Source: Candidatus Latescibacterota bacterium
Lineage (GTDB): Bacteria; Latescibacterota; UBA2968; UBA8231
Length of the DNA: 64,000 nucleotides
Direction: 5' to 3'
Assembly: GCA_965261395.1 (NCBI GenBank)
Contig: OZ253462.1
Location: forward strand, 4,320,001 to 4,384,000
The translations under genes were made by a program, and so were the position numbers. This document shows positions 45,776-58,654 of the stretch, piece by piece. The first letter of the stretch is position 1. The number at the start of each line of letters is the position of its first letter. The notes beneath the pieces were generated by a model. That model was not told where the DNA came from and searched no databases. It saw nothing but the letters and a program-made list of their open reading frames with translations.

Positions 45776-46972
45776 TCAGCGCCGAGACGGCTCGGATAGC
45801 TCGACGCCAGGGCCGGCCCCACGCACGCGCCGGCCCCACAGGTGGATGCGGCCCTTCCAGCGAAAAATCCCCAAGCATCCAACACTGCCGACCAAAACTA
45901 CGTGCAGAGGCTGCAACAAGGCCCAAAGAGGAAAATAGCGGCGTAATTCGCGCCGGCCCGATAGCACTATTCCACCATTAAACACACCCCACTCGCCCCA
46001 CACTTTTGCCACCACCACGCCCAAGGCCCACAGGGGATCCAGCAAGCCGGCCAAGCACAGCAAGGGGGCCACGAGCATCACCCAGCTCAAAACGTAGGTG
46101 AGCAGCATATAGCCAAAAAAAAGCGGATCTAGGCGGGCGAGGACCGGGGCATTGGAGGCCCAGCGACTGCGCTGACCGAATAATCCGCCCCAAGATCCGG
46201 CCACCGGGTGCCGCACAAAGGTCGCTGGCTGGTTGGCAAAAACAATGGACCACCGGCCTGAGCGGCGCATGGCCTGCATGAGTAGCACATCGTCTCCAGA
46301 AGCCCGGTGCATGATCTTTTCATAGCCACCAACGTCGAAAAACGCCTCCCGCAAAAAGGCCAAATTCTGCCCGGAGGCCGCCATGGGATGGCCCCATCCG
46401 GCGCTGCCCCATATACAAGCCATCAAACAGGTGAAGTCAACGGCCTCGTATCCCTGGCACCACCCTTTGATCTCGGATGGCGAGCCGATTTGCGAAAAGC
46501 CTATGACCATGCCCACCCCGTCGGCAAAGTGCGACAATATCCCGCTGATCCATCCCGGAGTGACCTGGCAGTCGGCATCCGTGGTGAGAATCACCTCCCC
46601 CCGTGCTTCGGCGATCCCCAAGCTGAGCGCGGCCTTCTTGGAACCCGGCCCTTCGGTTCGCAGCAATCGCACAGCCACAGTCTCCCCGCTGAACTCGCGC
46701 ACTATGTGGCCAGTGCCATCGGTGGAGCCGTCGTCAACGACGATGATTTCGTAGCGATCTTGGGGATAATCCTGCGCCAGCAGGGAGCGCAGACAGCAGG
46801 CTATGTGCGAGGATTCGTTGCGGGCGGCGACGACGACCGAGGCCAAGGGGACGCGCTCGGCATTGGCATTGCCGGGACCGCGGCGCATCCCGGTGACGAA
46901 CCAACAAGCCCCGAGCAAGTAGGCTAGCGCACAGAATGCCAAGAGGTACTCGGGCGCGTACAGCGCGTGCAT
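45776..46972 (-). CDS. GT2 glycosyltransferase, membrane-anchored
   Basis: AARNE, VDDGSTD, TDAD, GDD, QRSRW. Confidence 0.9.
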   Translation of the reverse strand: MHALYAPEYLLAFCALAYLLGACWFVTGMRRGPGNANAERVPLASVVVAARNESSHIACCLRSLLAQDYPQDRYEIIVVDDGSTDGTGHIVREFSGETVAVRLLRTEGPGSKKAALSLGIAEARGEVILTTDADCQVTPGWISGILSHFADGVGMVIGFSQIGSPSEIKGWCQGYEAVDFTCLMACIWGSAGWGHPMAASGQNLAFLREAFFDVGGYEKIMHRASGDDVLLMQAMRRSGRWSIVFANQPATFVRHPVAGSWGGLFGQRSRWASNAPVLARLDPLFFGYMLLTYVLSWVMLVAPLLCLAGLLDPLWALGVVVAKVWGEWGVFNGGIVLSGRRELRRYFPLWALLQPLHVVLVGSVGCLGIFRWKGRIHLWGRRVRGAGPGVELSEPSRR

Positions 46973-48039
46973 TAGCCCTTGATTTCCTTGATCAGTGAGA
47001 ACATACCTCGATAGCCTTCGGAGCAGTTGCGGCACATGTCGAAGCTATTGCGGTCGGCGAGGACCTGACCGCGAAAGTCCATATAGGCCCGGCTGTGCCA
47101 GATCTCGTCAAAAGAACGGCCGTCGAAAGCCTGTCCCATGGCAAAGTCAACGTCCTTGTCGAAACAGCAGGGCGCGACCGCTCCATTCCAATTGACCATT
47201 GAGCTGTACCACAGCACTTTGCAACCCCGCGTGGGCTGCCCCTTGACCACCAATTCGTCCTCCGCGTGCTCGTAGCGGCTGTATTGTTCGTCCTCGGGCA
47301 AGAACGCCTCGGCGTCCGCCGCGGTGTAAACCTGGGCGGTCTTGACCAAGAACTTGTCAACACGTAGGTCCTTGGCCAGCGCTTCGGCCGTGGCCATATC
47401 GCGCTCGTTGTGCTTCATAACGATGAATTGCAAGTTGATCTGCGGCGTCTGAGAACCGAGTGCCTCTTTGGCTGCGACCAGCAGGCGGACCCCAGAAAAG
47501 ACGCGCTCGATCTGGCCGCCGACCCGGTACTGTTCGTACGTGGCTTGGTCAACCCCGTCCAGCGAGACGATCATTTCGTCTAGCCCAGACTCGACGATGG
47601 CCTGCGCCTGCTCTGGGCTGCGGACGAAGTGGCCGTTGGTGCTGGTGAAGGTGAAGATGCCACGGTCGCTGGCGTAGCGCACCATCTGGTTAAAGCACTT
47701 GTTGATATACGGCTCGCCTTGGTTCCACAGCATCATCATAAAGACCTCGTCGCCGAGCTCATCAACCAACTTTTTGAAATCCTCCAAGCCCATAGTGCCC
47801 CGGGGGCGACGCATCTCGCCGTTGCCCGATGGGCACAAGGGGCACTTGAGGTTACAGAAGTTGGTCGGCTCGACCATGAGCATAAAAGGACGCCCCCATA
47901 CAATGGGCCGACGGGTCATCCACGACAGCCCCATGGAGGCCAAAACGGCGCAAAAATTAATTAGCCGCTTCCAGGAAAATACGCGGGCGTAGCGCCGAAC
48001 GTAGCTCGGCAGTGCTTTGGGCGTGATTAGGTAAGCCAA
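46972..48039 (-). CDS. Radical SAM protein with SPASM/twitch domain
   Basis: CNLKCPLC, QGEP, SLDG; C-terminal C..PCCFD..CRNC. Confidence 0.9.
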   Translation of the reverse strand: MAYLITPKALPSYVRRYARVFSWKRLINFCAVLASMGLSWMTRRPIVWGRPFMLMVEPTNFCNLKCPLCPSGNGEMRRPRGTMGLEDFKKLVDELGDEVFMMMLWNQGEPYINKCFNQMVRYASDRGIFTFTSTNGHFVRSPEQAQAIVESGLDEMIVSLDGVDQATYEQYRVGGQIERVFSGVRLLVAAKEALGSQTPQINLQFIVMKHNERDMATAEALAKDLRVDKFLVKTAQVYTAADAEAFLPEDEQYSRYEHAEDELVVKGQPTRGCKVLWYSSMVNWNGAVAPCCFDKDVDFAMGQAFDGRSFDEIWHSRAYMDFRGQVLADRNSFDMCRNCSEGYRGMFSLIKEIKG

Positions 48040-48052
48040 ATCAACTCCTTTA

Positions 48053-49165
48053 TCAGGTTTTCCAGCGAAACCATCCCCAACGGCCGAGGATGGTAAAAAT
48101 CAGCACATAGGGAATATATAAAACTTCCACTAGCGGCAAATAGCGCAGGTGCGCGTGCTCCTCGGGCGTGGCCATCCGCTTGAGCAGCAAAAAGTCAACG
48201 GCCCAGCGCATAAACCACGCGCCCGCGACCCAGCCATCCCAGCTTTGGGTCCAGAGCATCTGCACCAGTCCCCAAGCGAGAAAGCCGTGGAACAAATAGA
48301 CGCCTACGGCCAAATAAAACGCGCGGCCCTTGTAGTGGCCTCCTTTGGCCGCGTGCCGCAGCTTTTGCTGCACCGCGTCCGCGAGCTTAGCTGGCGGCGG
48401 CTGCGAGAGGACGACAGCTTGGCGATTAAACGCCATGGCCCACCTGCCTTGGGCACTCAACAAACGCATGAAGTACACGTCGTCGCCCCCGATCAGATGC
48501 CCGATTTGCGCGAAGCCACCCAGCTCGTCGTACACTTGGCGGCGATAGCCCAAATTGCGGCCTGTACACGACAGCGGGTGCCCCATGCCAAAGCTGCCCG
48601 CTCCCAGCGCCCCGACCCCGATATTGTCCACAGCCAAGACCTTGGCCAGCACGCCGGAAACCGGATCGGGCCGCGCATACCCGGCGACTAAGCCAACCTC
48701 TGGCGCAAAGTGCGCCACCATCGAGCGAACCCAATCTGCGGGCGGGCGGCAATCGGCATCAGTAAAGAGCAAGATATCCCCCGTGCTCGCTGCAATCCCC
48801 TCGGCTAACGCGCTTTTCTTCGGGCACTTAAACCGCCCGTCCGGCGCAGCTTGCACGCCCTTGAGCGCCGGCCAAGTCGCCGCCTTCGCGGCAATGAGGT
48901 CCCAAGTTCGGTCGCGCGAGTGGTCGTCCACAACGATCACTTCAAACGCTCCCTGATAATCTTGGCAGGCGAGAGCGTCCAAGCAATGCGGCAAGGTTGC
49001 CTCCTCGTCACGTGCGGCGACGATGGCGCTGACTGAGGGTCGATCTCTGACTAGGGCCGGGCCGGGTCGCCGCCCGTTCAAGCCGCGCCACAGCCAGAGG
49101 ACACTGCCCACGTAGATCGCGCCGCTCAAGAGCAAACCGGCCTTTTGCAGATCCATAAGCTCCAT
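48053..49165 (-). CDS. GT2 glycosyltransferase, membrane-anchored
   Basis: AARDE, VDDHSRD, TDAD, GDD, QKLRH. Confidence 0.9.
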   Translation of the reverse strand: MELMDLQKAGLLLSGAIYVGSVLWLWRGLNGRRPGPALVRDRPSVSAIVAARDEEATLPHCLDALACQDYQGAFEVIVVDDHSRDRTWDLIAAKAATWPALKGVQAAPDGRFKCPKKSALAEGIAASTGDILLFTDADCRPPADWVRSMVAHFAPEVGLVAGYARPDPVSGVLAKVLAVDNIGVGALGAGSFGMGHPLSCTGRNLGYRRQVYDELGGFAQIGHLIGGDDVYFMRLLSAQGRWAMAFNRQAVVLSQPPPAKLADAVQQKLRHAAKGGHYKGRAFYLAVGVYLFHGFLAWGLVQMLWTQSWDGWVAGAWFMRWAVDFLLLKRMATPEEHAHLRYLPLVEVLYIPYVLIFTILGRWGWFRWKT

Positions 49166-49174
49166 AAGGCGGCC

Positions 49175-50872
49175 TCAGAAGTAGTGGAAGCGCAAGTCAA
49201 AGCGCAGGTGCTGCTGGCGACCATCTCCGTAGCCAGAGCGCCACGCCAATGGCACGGCCGGGCCCCAAGCTGGAGGCAGCGGCACGCCTTGGCCCCACTC
49301 CTGCACGTACTCGGCCTCCAACTGGAGCTGGGGCAAAATCCGCCAGTGTAGGCCAGCGGCCAGTGTGGTACGCCGGACCTGATGCCCATCGAGGAATTGC
49401 TTGGTCACACGCTCGTCCCCTGGCCGCCAGCCATAGTGCATATCGCCGCCGACATTGCGAATGGTGCCGTCTGCCCCTAACTCGTTCTCGCCGTGTCGGC
49501 TGCGCGATACATATACCGCAAACTCTAGGTCTCGGGTCGCCCGCTTAGTCAGGCCCAATTGCCATTGGTCGCTGTTGGGCGCGAGGCTGTGTCCCAGTGG
49601 TGAATCGAAGTGGCGAAAGGTGTTAATGGGAAACCGATGCGAGTAAAGCCAAGGTTCGATGCGCACGTACTCGGCCCGCAGCTCGGCATCGGGCAACCCC
49701 AGCGGATCGACCCATAGCATTCCGGCCTGCAAGGAAAACTTGTTGGCAAAATCGTCGGAAAAGATGCGGGCCTTCTTCAGGTCATCGACCACGTACGCCA
49801 AATAATAGCGCCGCCCGCGCCCCGGATGGACATCTAAATCTATGCCCATCAGGAGGTTGTCCTTGTCGCCTAGGTGGCTCTGGGCTGCCCAGTAGAACAT
49901 CAGCGGGTTGACGTAGCTAGGCTCTAGCCCCCGATCGCCGTACACTACCACTTCCTGAAAACCCAAGTCGAGCCAAGGGGCCAGCGCGACCTCCAAGCGG
50001 TGGGCCGCCAAGTACTTCTGGCGCTCTAATAGACGCACCATGCCGTTGGCTACATACGTCGCCGCTGAATCGGCCGTCCCCGCACAAAGCGGCGAGTCGG
50101 GCCGATTGGGACAGGGGCGGAGTTCAGCAGAGATGCTGACCAGCTTAAAGGCCCCAAACTGCGACTGCAAGCGGATCATGTTAAACGACGGCGCGTTGTT
50201 GCTCAGTCCCAAATTTTGCTCTGGAGCCGGCCCCCACAGCGCCTCGTCTTTGCCCAATTGCACGTCCACCGGCCCCACCGCGAACTTCACGTACGCCGTG
50301 CCCTCGTGAAAATCGGCCGCCTCGCCCTTTAGCTGGGGCAGGTCAACTCGCCGTTCGTATAGATCGTGGCGATAGACGTAATGGCGCGAGCCTTGCTCCC
50401 GCACCTGTTCAAAAGCCATGCGGAAACCCACGCTACGGTCTAGATGCCCGCGGACGATGCCGCCGCCGCGATGGCGGTACACCACTTCGGCTGCCGACCG
50501 CCCCCGGCCGCTAAAGCGATCGGTTTGCTGGCGGGCGAGAAAATCGGCGAAAACGGCACCCCCACGGGCGCGATAGTGGAGCATAGCTCGCTCGTGTGCA
50601 AACTCGCCGCGCAACAAGTCCAATTCGCCCAGTTCGATCGGCGAGAGTTCAGGGCGATATTTTTTATCAACTGCGTCAAGTAATTCTATTATTTTATTGC
50701 GGCTGTATGGTCTAATACCATCTGCGACGCCGTTGGCTCGCCCTTGGGCCTCGAGCCGTTCGACAAAGCGATAAACCCAGTGCTCCAAAGGCGCGTAAAC
50801 CGACGAATCTGCCCCGGCAGCGACGGTGCCCAACGGGATCAACAAGCCTAGTAGAACCTGTGTTGACAGCAC
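49175..50872 (-). CDS. Capsule assembly Wzi-like outer-membrane protein
   Basis: Signal peptide; VYRFVERL..RPYSR; LGKD..WGP..LSNNAP; AHRLE; terminal F; start uncertain (50872 or 50917). Confidence 0.7.
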   Translation of the reverse strand: MLSTQVLLGLLIPLGTVAAGADSSVYAPLEHWVYRFVERLEAQGRANGVADGIRPYSRNKIIELLDAVDKKYRPELSPIELGELDLLRGEFAHERAMLHYRARGGAVFADFLARQQTDRFSGRGRSAAEVVYRHRGGGIVRGHLDRSVGFRMAFEQVREQGSRHYVYRHDLYERRVDLPQLKGEAADFHEGTAYVKFAVGPVDVQLGKDEALWGPAPEQNLGLSNNAPSFNMIRLQSQFGAFKLVSISAELRPCPNRPDSPLCAGTADSAATYVANGMVRLLERQKYLAAHRLEVALAPWLDLGFQEVVVYGDRGLEPSYVNPLMFYWAAQSHLGDKDNLLMGIDLDVHPGRGRRYYLAYVVDDLKKARIFSDDFANKFSLQAGMLWVDPLGLPDAELRAEYVRIEPWLYSHRFPINTFRHFDSPLGHSLAPNSDQWQLGLTKRATRDLEFAVYVSRSRHGENELGADGTIRNVGGDMHYGWRPGDERVTKQFLDGHQVRRTTLAAGLHWRILPQLQLEAEYVQEWGQGVPLPPAWGPAVPLAWRSGYGDGRQQHLRFDLRFHYF

Positions 50873-50893
50873 TCTCAAGGGCTTGTAGCTTAA

Positions 50894-53426
<2,533 letters not shown>

Positions 53427-53434
<8 letters not shown>

Positions 53435-54281
53435 CGCTTGCTTCGCCCGTGTATAGATCGGGATTGCCCAACTGGGCGAAGCCCTCGTCAAACCCGTGGC
53501 AAAATCTTTCCACAGCCGATTCGCCCAGCTTGAGGACCTCCTCGTAGGCTTGATCTGAGGGTAGCAGCGGACGGGCCAAGGCCGCGCCATCCTTAAAGCG
53601 CACCCAGTGTTGGAGCCAATCCCCGAGGACTTTGCGCCCTAGATGGGCAAACGTCAATGTACACAGGGGATTAGGGCGGCGTCCGGCCACGCGGATGTGC
53701 CCTCCCCACCAGAGAATTTTGGGGATTCGCTGCAGCCACCGGGCGGTGGCCTCACCTCCTCGCTCCAGCAGGCGCTCGTCGGCATCTCGGCCGTAGAAAG
53801 CCTCCCCCACTTCCCCTAACAAGCTGTGGCCATCAGCGCGGCGGGGAAAATGCAAGCGCGCGTTCCACAGCCCGTCCATCCCCTCGCCGGCCAGCAAGCG
53901 GCAATCAAGCCCCCATTCCAAGCGCAGGTGCCACAAATCGGGCGAGGCCGGCCGAGTACCCTCGCTGAGCAATGCGGCCACGCGGGCCTCAACCCAAGGA
54001 TGCACGGCCATATCTGTATAGACGTGCAATCCCCAACCCGCGGCAAACGCCCGCTCGTTAGCGCTGGAGGCCCCTTGGGTCAGGGCGCGCAAAAAGTCGC
54101 CGGGCCGCTCCAGATGCGCGCGATGCGACAAGGCCGCCGGGCCGCCGGGGAAAAAACCGATATCCGGGCCTACAGAACCAGCGGCAAAGGCCGCCGGCAT
54201 CTCTACCTCGCCCGCGCAGTCGCCAAAAACTAGGGGAAAGACGCGCTCGGCCAGCCACAAGTGGAAGAAGCTACCCGCCAA
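53427..54281 (-). CDS. Zinc-dependent phospholipase C / P1 nuclease-like protein
   Basis: N-terminal H, GSVGPD, H, GWGLHVYTDMAVHP, HLRLE..D. Confidence 0.75.
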
Positions 54282-54284
54282 ACT

Positions 54285-54752
54285 CTAGAACGGCAGGTCG
54301 TCGTCATCGCCACCCGGCGGCGGGGGCGCCTCTGGCTGGGCGGCCGGACCGACGTTTTGTCCGCCGGACGGACGGTCGGAGTAACCGGCATCTCTGCCAC
54401 CGCTGCCACCCTCGCCGCGGGAATCGAGCATCTGCATGTCGTTGACCACGACCTCGGTCATATAGCGCTTCTGGCCGCTCTGGTCGTCCCAAGAACGAGT
54501 CTGCAACTTGCCCTCGACATAGATCCTAGCGCCCTTTTTGAGATACTGCTGGGCGATCTCGGCCAGCTTGCGCCAGAGCACGAGCCGGTGCCATTCGGTC
54601 CGCTCCTGGCGCTCGCCCGTATTGCGGTCGTTCCAGCTTTCAGAGGTGGCCAAGCTGAAATTGGCTACGGGCACTCCGTCCGGCGTGTATTTCACTTCGG
54701 GGTCGCTGCCCAAATTGCCGATCAAGATTACCTTGTTTACCCCACGGGCCAT
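54285..54752 (-). CDS. ssb: Single-stranded DNA-binding protein
   Basis: [26 protein letters not shown] tail. Confidence 0.98.
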   Translation of the reverse strand: MARGVNKVILIGNLGSDPEVKYTPDGVPVANFSLATSESWNDRNTGERQERTEWHRLVLWRKLAEIAQQYLKKGARIYVEGKLQTRSWDDQSGQKRYMTEVVVNDMQMLDSRGEGGSGGRDAGYSDRPSGGQNVGPAAQPEAPPPPGGDDDDLPF

Positions 54753-54819
54753 ATATTCGCTCCTTTTTGCGGGCGCGCCGCAAGCGCGTACACACCCATT
54801 AACGTTCGCAATTTCGCTT

Positions 54820-54902
54820 ATCTTAGGCGCAAGCCTTAGCCCAGTCAAGGCCAGCCCCAGCCCCCCGGCGGGCTTGACTTTCTCCGATGGCTTTCCTATT
54901 CT
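54820..54902. promoter_or_regulatory. Divergent sigma70 promoters for ssb and ftsA
   Basis: Minus strand TTGACT-17-TAAGAT (54848-54820); plus strand TTGACT-17-TATTCT (54874-54902). Confidence 0.6.
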
Positions 54903-55107
54903 TCCATATCCTTAATTATTTAAGTGCTTACGGTAGGCCGACTTCCCCCTTTGTCTGGCGTTGTAAGCACTAGTAATTTGGGGTCGAGTGCCCCAATCCG
55001 TCGCATCACTGCCGCTAGACGGTAGCCTTTCTCCCCCCAGTATGTCCTCGCCTTGCTCCTGCTGCGCTGCATTTTGCGGCTGCGCTTAGAAAAAAGGTAC
55101 GCCGACC

Positions 55108-56322
55108 ATGGCTGGATCCCCCGTCGTCGTTCTCGATGTTGGTGCCTCAAAAGTTCTATGCCTAGTCGGCGAGGTGCAAAACAATTCCCAAGTCAAAATC
55201 TTGGGTCTAGGGCAAAGCCCCTGCACGGGCCTGCGCCGCAGCGCCGTCATCGACATGCCCCAAGTGGCAGAGTCCATCCGCTCGGCTCTCGCCGAAGCCG
55301 AGCGCTCGACCGGTCTCAAAATCGCCGGGGCCTATCTCGGCATAGCTGGCGAAGGCATCAACGCCCAGACGAGTTATAGCACGGTGGGCATCTCCGGCTC
55401 CTCCAACCCCATCTCCGAAGAGGACCGGGACCGCGCGCTACTCGCCGTCGCGCAGGAACAGATAGCCGAGGACCAGACGGTGATACATCGCTTCGTCCAG
55501 AGCTATGCCGTCGATGGCGAGCCAGTGCAAAACCCGCTCTGGCTGCACGGCAACCGCTTGTCGGTCGAGGTGCTGACCGTTTCCGTGGCTGAGCATCTAT
55601 GCACGGCGTTTCGCCACGCTGCCTCCAAAGCCGGTGTTGAGATCGCCGGCGTCGTCCTCGAAAGCGTCGGCATTGCCCATGCCACCTTGTCCCAAGATGA
55701 ACGCGACATGGGCGTTGCCCTGCTCGATCTCGGTGCCGGTACCTGCGACCTAGCTGTGTTCCAAGGTCCAATGCGGCACGTAGAGGAAATTCCGCTGGGG
55801 GGCGACGATATAACGCGCGATCTCTCGGTCGTCTTGAGCATCCCAATCCGCGAAGCCGAGCAGCTCAAATGCCGCTTCGGCAGCGTTAGCTGCTCCGGGG
55901 AAGACGGCGATGAGACCGTCACCTACCACACGACCGCCGGCCGCGCCTGCACCCTAACCAAGCAGCAGGTCAGCATGGTCATCGAAGCCCGACAGCGCGA
56001 GATTTTTGAATACGTGCGCCAAGCCCTCGTCAATGCTCCGTACAACGATCGCTTGGCCGCTGGCATCGTGCTCACCGGCGGCGGGGCCTCACTCAACCAG
56101 ATCGCGCCACTCGCCGAAGAGGTGCTTGGCCACCACGTCCGCATTGGCGTCCCCCAAGACGTGATCGCCCCAGTCGCGGTCAACGACCCCAGCTATGCCA
56201 CCGCGATCGGGCTGTTGAGTTTTGTCGCCGCCGGACACAGCGCCCCGGTCGAGTCGCCCGACGCCGACCGGACTCGCAACGGCTTTGCCCACGCGCTAGG
56301 CAAACTGTTCAATTTCTTTTAG
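55108..56322 (+). CDS. ftsA: Cell division protein FtsA
   Basis: LDVGASK, LDLGAGTCD, GGDDITRD, AEQLK, IVLTGGG, YATAIGL, C-terminal amphipathic helix. Confidence 0.92.
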   Translation: MAGSPVVVLDVGASKVLCLVGEVQNNSQVKILGLGQSPCTGLRRSAVIDMPQVAESIRSALAEAERSTGLKIAGAYLGIAGEGINAQTSYSTVGISGSSNPISEEDRDRALLAVAQEQIAEDQTVIHRFVQSYAVDGEPVQNPLWLHGNRLSVEVLTVSVAEHLCTAFRHAASKAGVEIAGVVLESVGIAHATLSQDERDMGVALLDLGAGTCDLAVFQGPMRHVEEIPLGGDDITRDLSVVLSIPIREAEQLKCRFGSVSCSGEDGDETVTYHTTAGRACTLTKQQVSMVIEARQREIFEYVRQALVNAPYNDRLAAGIVLTGGGASLNQIAPLAEEVLGHHVRIGVPQDVIAPVAVNDPSYATAIGLLSFVAAGHSAPVESPDADRTRNGFAHALGKLFNFF

Positions 56323-56347
56323 TGCGTGGCACCGACCGGGGCGGTTC

Positions 56348-56376
56348 TTGACACCGTAGCTGGCCCCGCCTAGTTT
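56348..56376 (+). promoter_or_regulatory. Sigma70 promoter of tRNA-Thr
   Basis: TTGACA-17bp-TAGTTT. Confidence 0.6.
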
Positions 56377-56391
56377 TTACTCCACAGCATG

Positions 56392-56467
56392 GCCGCCATA
56401 GCTCAGCTGGTAGAGCAACTCACTCGTAATGAGTAGGTCCCCGGTTCGAGTCCGGGTGGCGGCTCCA
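56392..56467 (+). tRNA. tRNA-Thr(CGT)
   Basis: GCCGCCA/TGGCGGC acceptor stem, anticodon loop CTCGTAA, GGTTCGAGTCC, CCA. Confidence 0.97.
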
Positions 56468-56473
56468 CAACAC

Positions 56474-56509
56474 AACGAGGGCTTGCGCACTAGTCGCTAG
56501 CCCTCGTTT
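56474..56509 (+). terminator. Hairpin after tRNA-Thr
   Basis: AACGAGGGCT...AGCCCTCGTT inverted repeat. Confidence 0.55.
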
Positions 56510-56535
56510 ACATTGGTCTCCTTCCCGCTCAGCCT

Positions 56536-56949
56536 GTGTCTATTCTAGATCTTCCCACGCTAAACGCCTGCCTCAACACGTTGTGCACGCTCCTGCTCGT
56601 ACGCGGCTTTCTGCAGATCCGCCGCGGTGCGCGTCACGCCCACCAAAAGTCTATGTTGGCCGCGCTCGTCTGCTCCGCGCTCTTCCTCTGTTCGTATTTG
56701 GTTTACCACATTCAGGTAGGTTCGGTGCCCTATCCCCACCACGACTGGACCCGCCCCCTGTACTTCGCCGTGCTTATACCCCACGTGGTCCTCGCCGCGT
56801 TGATGGCCCCCTTTGTGGCCCTCGTCGTCTGGCGTGCTTACAACCAAGATTTCGCTCGCCACCGTCGGCTGGCCCGCTGGGTCTGGCCGGTGTGGATCTT
56901 TGTCTCGGTTAGCGGCGTGGTGGTCTATCTAATGCTCTACCGGCTCTGA
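56536..56949 (+). CDS. DUF420 family membrane protein
   Basis: LPTLNACLN, H.KSM, FLCSYLVYH, H V.LA, HRRLARW..PVW..VS.SGV.VY.MLY. Confidence 0.85.
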   Translation: MSILDLPTLNACLNTLCTLLLVRGFLQIRRGARHAHQKSMLAALVCSALFLCSYLVYHIQVGSVPYPHHDWTRPLYFAVLIPHVVLAALMAPFVALVVWRAYNQDFARHRRLARWVWPVWIFVSVSGVVVYLMLYRL

Positions 56950-56951
56950 AG

Positions 56952-57716
56952 TCAGGGGCCACGATTGCGGGCCACCATCCAAGCGGCCCCGGAGGTCGTC
57001 AGCACTGTCCAGCCGCCGGTGACCAACAGGGCACGCACAAACGCCGCGTCGGCTATCAGTTGGGCCGGAGCCAAGTAGAACGCCTTGCGCAAAACGACCA
57101 GCGCATAAGTCACGGGATTGCACTGCATCACCCACTCTAGCCAAGGCGCGGCCCCTTCAATCGGGAAGAGAGCGCCGGAAAGAAACCACAAGGGGATGAG
57201 CACGACGCTCATCACCGCGTGGTAGCCAGCCACTGAATCCAACTTCCACGCGACTATAAAGCCCAACCCTGTGAAGCCCATGCCGATCAGCGCGCAGAGG
57301 ACCAAGAGCGCCAAGATCATCTCCACAGCCAAGCCAATGCCGGCCACCGGAGCCAGCAGCAAAAATACAAGCACCTGCAAGAGGGCGATGAGCGTACCGC
57401 CGACCAGCTTGCCCAGCGCTATACTCAAGCGCGGCACCGGGGCTACCAGCACGCCTTGCAAGAAGCCGACGCTGCGGTCTTCGATGAGAGTGATGGTGGA
57501 AAAAATCGCTGCGAATAGCAGGAGCATCAGCACGACGCCCGGATAGAAGAATTCTCCGTAGCTCAACTCGCTGCCCTTGCTGATGAAGCTGTCGGCAAAA
57601 CCCGAGCCCATGAAAAACCACAGCATCAGCGGCTGCACCAAGCTCCCCAAAAGCCGAGAGGGCTGGCGGAAAAAGCGCAGTACTTCGCGCTGGGCCAGAA
57701 TCCAGACGCCGTTCAA
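56952..57716 (-). CDS. ABC-2 type transporter permease
   Basis: REVLRFFRQ, EDRSVGFL..VLVAP, FLSGALFP, NPVTY; TTGA overlap with the ATPase. Confidence 0.9.
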   Translation of the reverse strand: MNGVWILAQREVLRFFRQPSRLLGSLVQPLMLWFFMGSGFADSFISKGSELSYGEFFYPGVVLMLLLFAAIFSTITLIEDRSVGFLQGVLVAPVPRLSIALGKLVGGTLIALLQVLVFLLLAPVAGIGLAVEMILALLVLCALIGMGFTGLGFIVAWKLDSVAGYHAVMSVVLIPLWFLSGALFPIEGAAPWLEWVMQCNPVTYALVVLRKAFYLAPAQLIADAAFVRALLVTGGWTVLTTSGAAWMVARNRGP

Positions 57717-58654
57717 GCGGCGTTCCCCTCCTCGAGGTGCTGGCCGGTATGGCGCACGAACACATCGTCGAGCGAGGGAGGGGCCAGCGACAGCGAGCGG
57801 ATCTGGGAGCCGAAGCGCTGAAATACCTCGTCGAGGCTGATGTCGCTTTTGAGTGGAACGCGCAAGTCCTGATCGACGACTAGACCTTCTAGGCCCATGG
57901 CGTGGCGCAGTGCGGCTTGCAGCGCGACCGCATCGTCGCTGCGCAGCGTGAGAATTTCGCGCCCCAATTGGCGCTGCAAGACCCTTGGGGGGCCGCAGAC
58001 GAGCAACTGTCCTTGGTGCAAAATGGCGACTTGGTCGGCGCGCTCGGCCTCGTCTAAGAGGTGAGTCGAGACCACGACCGTGAGCTGTTCGTCCGCTTTG
58101 AGTTCCTCCACTTGGTGCCAGAAATCCTGGCGCGCCACTGGATCCAACCCAGCCGTCGGCTCGTCGAGCACGAGAATAGCCGGTGTCGGCAGCAGCGCTT
58201 TGGCCAATTCGACGCGCCGCCGCATACCCCCAGACAGCTTCTCCACCCGCTCGTTGCGCCGATCCCACAAGCCGACGGACTCCAGCAGCAGTTGGCTGCG
58301 CTGGCGCACGGCACGGCGGCCCATGCCGTAGAGCAAACCCGCCATCCGCAAGTTTTCGCCGACCGTCATTTTCCCGTCCAGCGCGGGATTTTGGAAGACC
58401 ACTCCCAACTGGCGGCGCACCGCCGACGGATCTTGCCCCAAGAGCGCACCGCCGACTCGCACTGCGCCCGAAGTGGGCACCAGAGCGGTGGTCAGCACGC
58501 GTAGGAGCGTGGATTTACCGCTACCATTAGGCCCCAACAGGGCCACCATCTCCCCGGAACGAATGTCGAGATTGACCTCTTGGAGCGCGCGGTGTGCAGT
58601 TTTCTTGCGCGTGCCAGCATAGACGTGGGAAAGATGTGAGATGCTGATGAGCAC
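57713..58654 (-). CDS. ABC transporter ATP-binding protein
   Basis: GPNGSGKST, LSGGM, LDEPT, STH. Confidence 0.93.
   Translation of the reverse strand: MLISISHLSHVYAGTRKKTAHRALQEVNLDIRSGEMVALLGPNGSGKSTLLRVLTTALVPTSGAVRVGGALLGQDPSAVRRQLGVVFQNPALDGKMTVGENLRMAGLLYGMGRRAVRQRSQLLLESVGLWDRRNERVEKLSGGMRRRVELAKALLPTPAILVLDEPTAGLDPVARQDFWHQVEELKADEQLTVVVSTHLLDEAERADQVAILHQGQLLVCGPPRVLQRQLGREILTLRSDDAVALQAALRHAMGLEGLVVDQDLRVPLKSDISLDEVFQRFGSQIRSLSLAPPSLDDVFVRHTGQHLEEGNAA

Noticed and set aside
56392-56535. Island integrated at tRNA-Thr
   Set aside because: Downstream genes are ordinary and no integrase or tRNA fragment repeat was seen.
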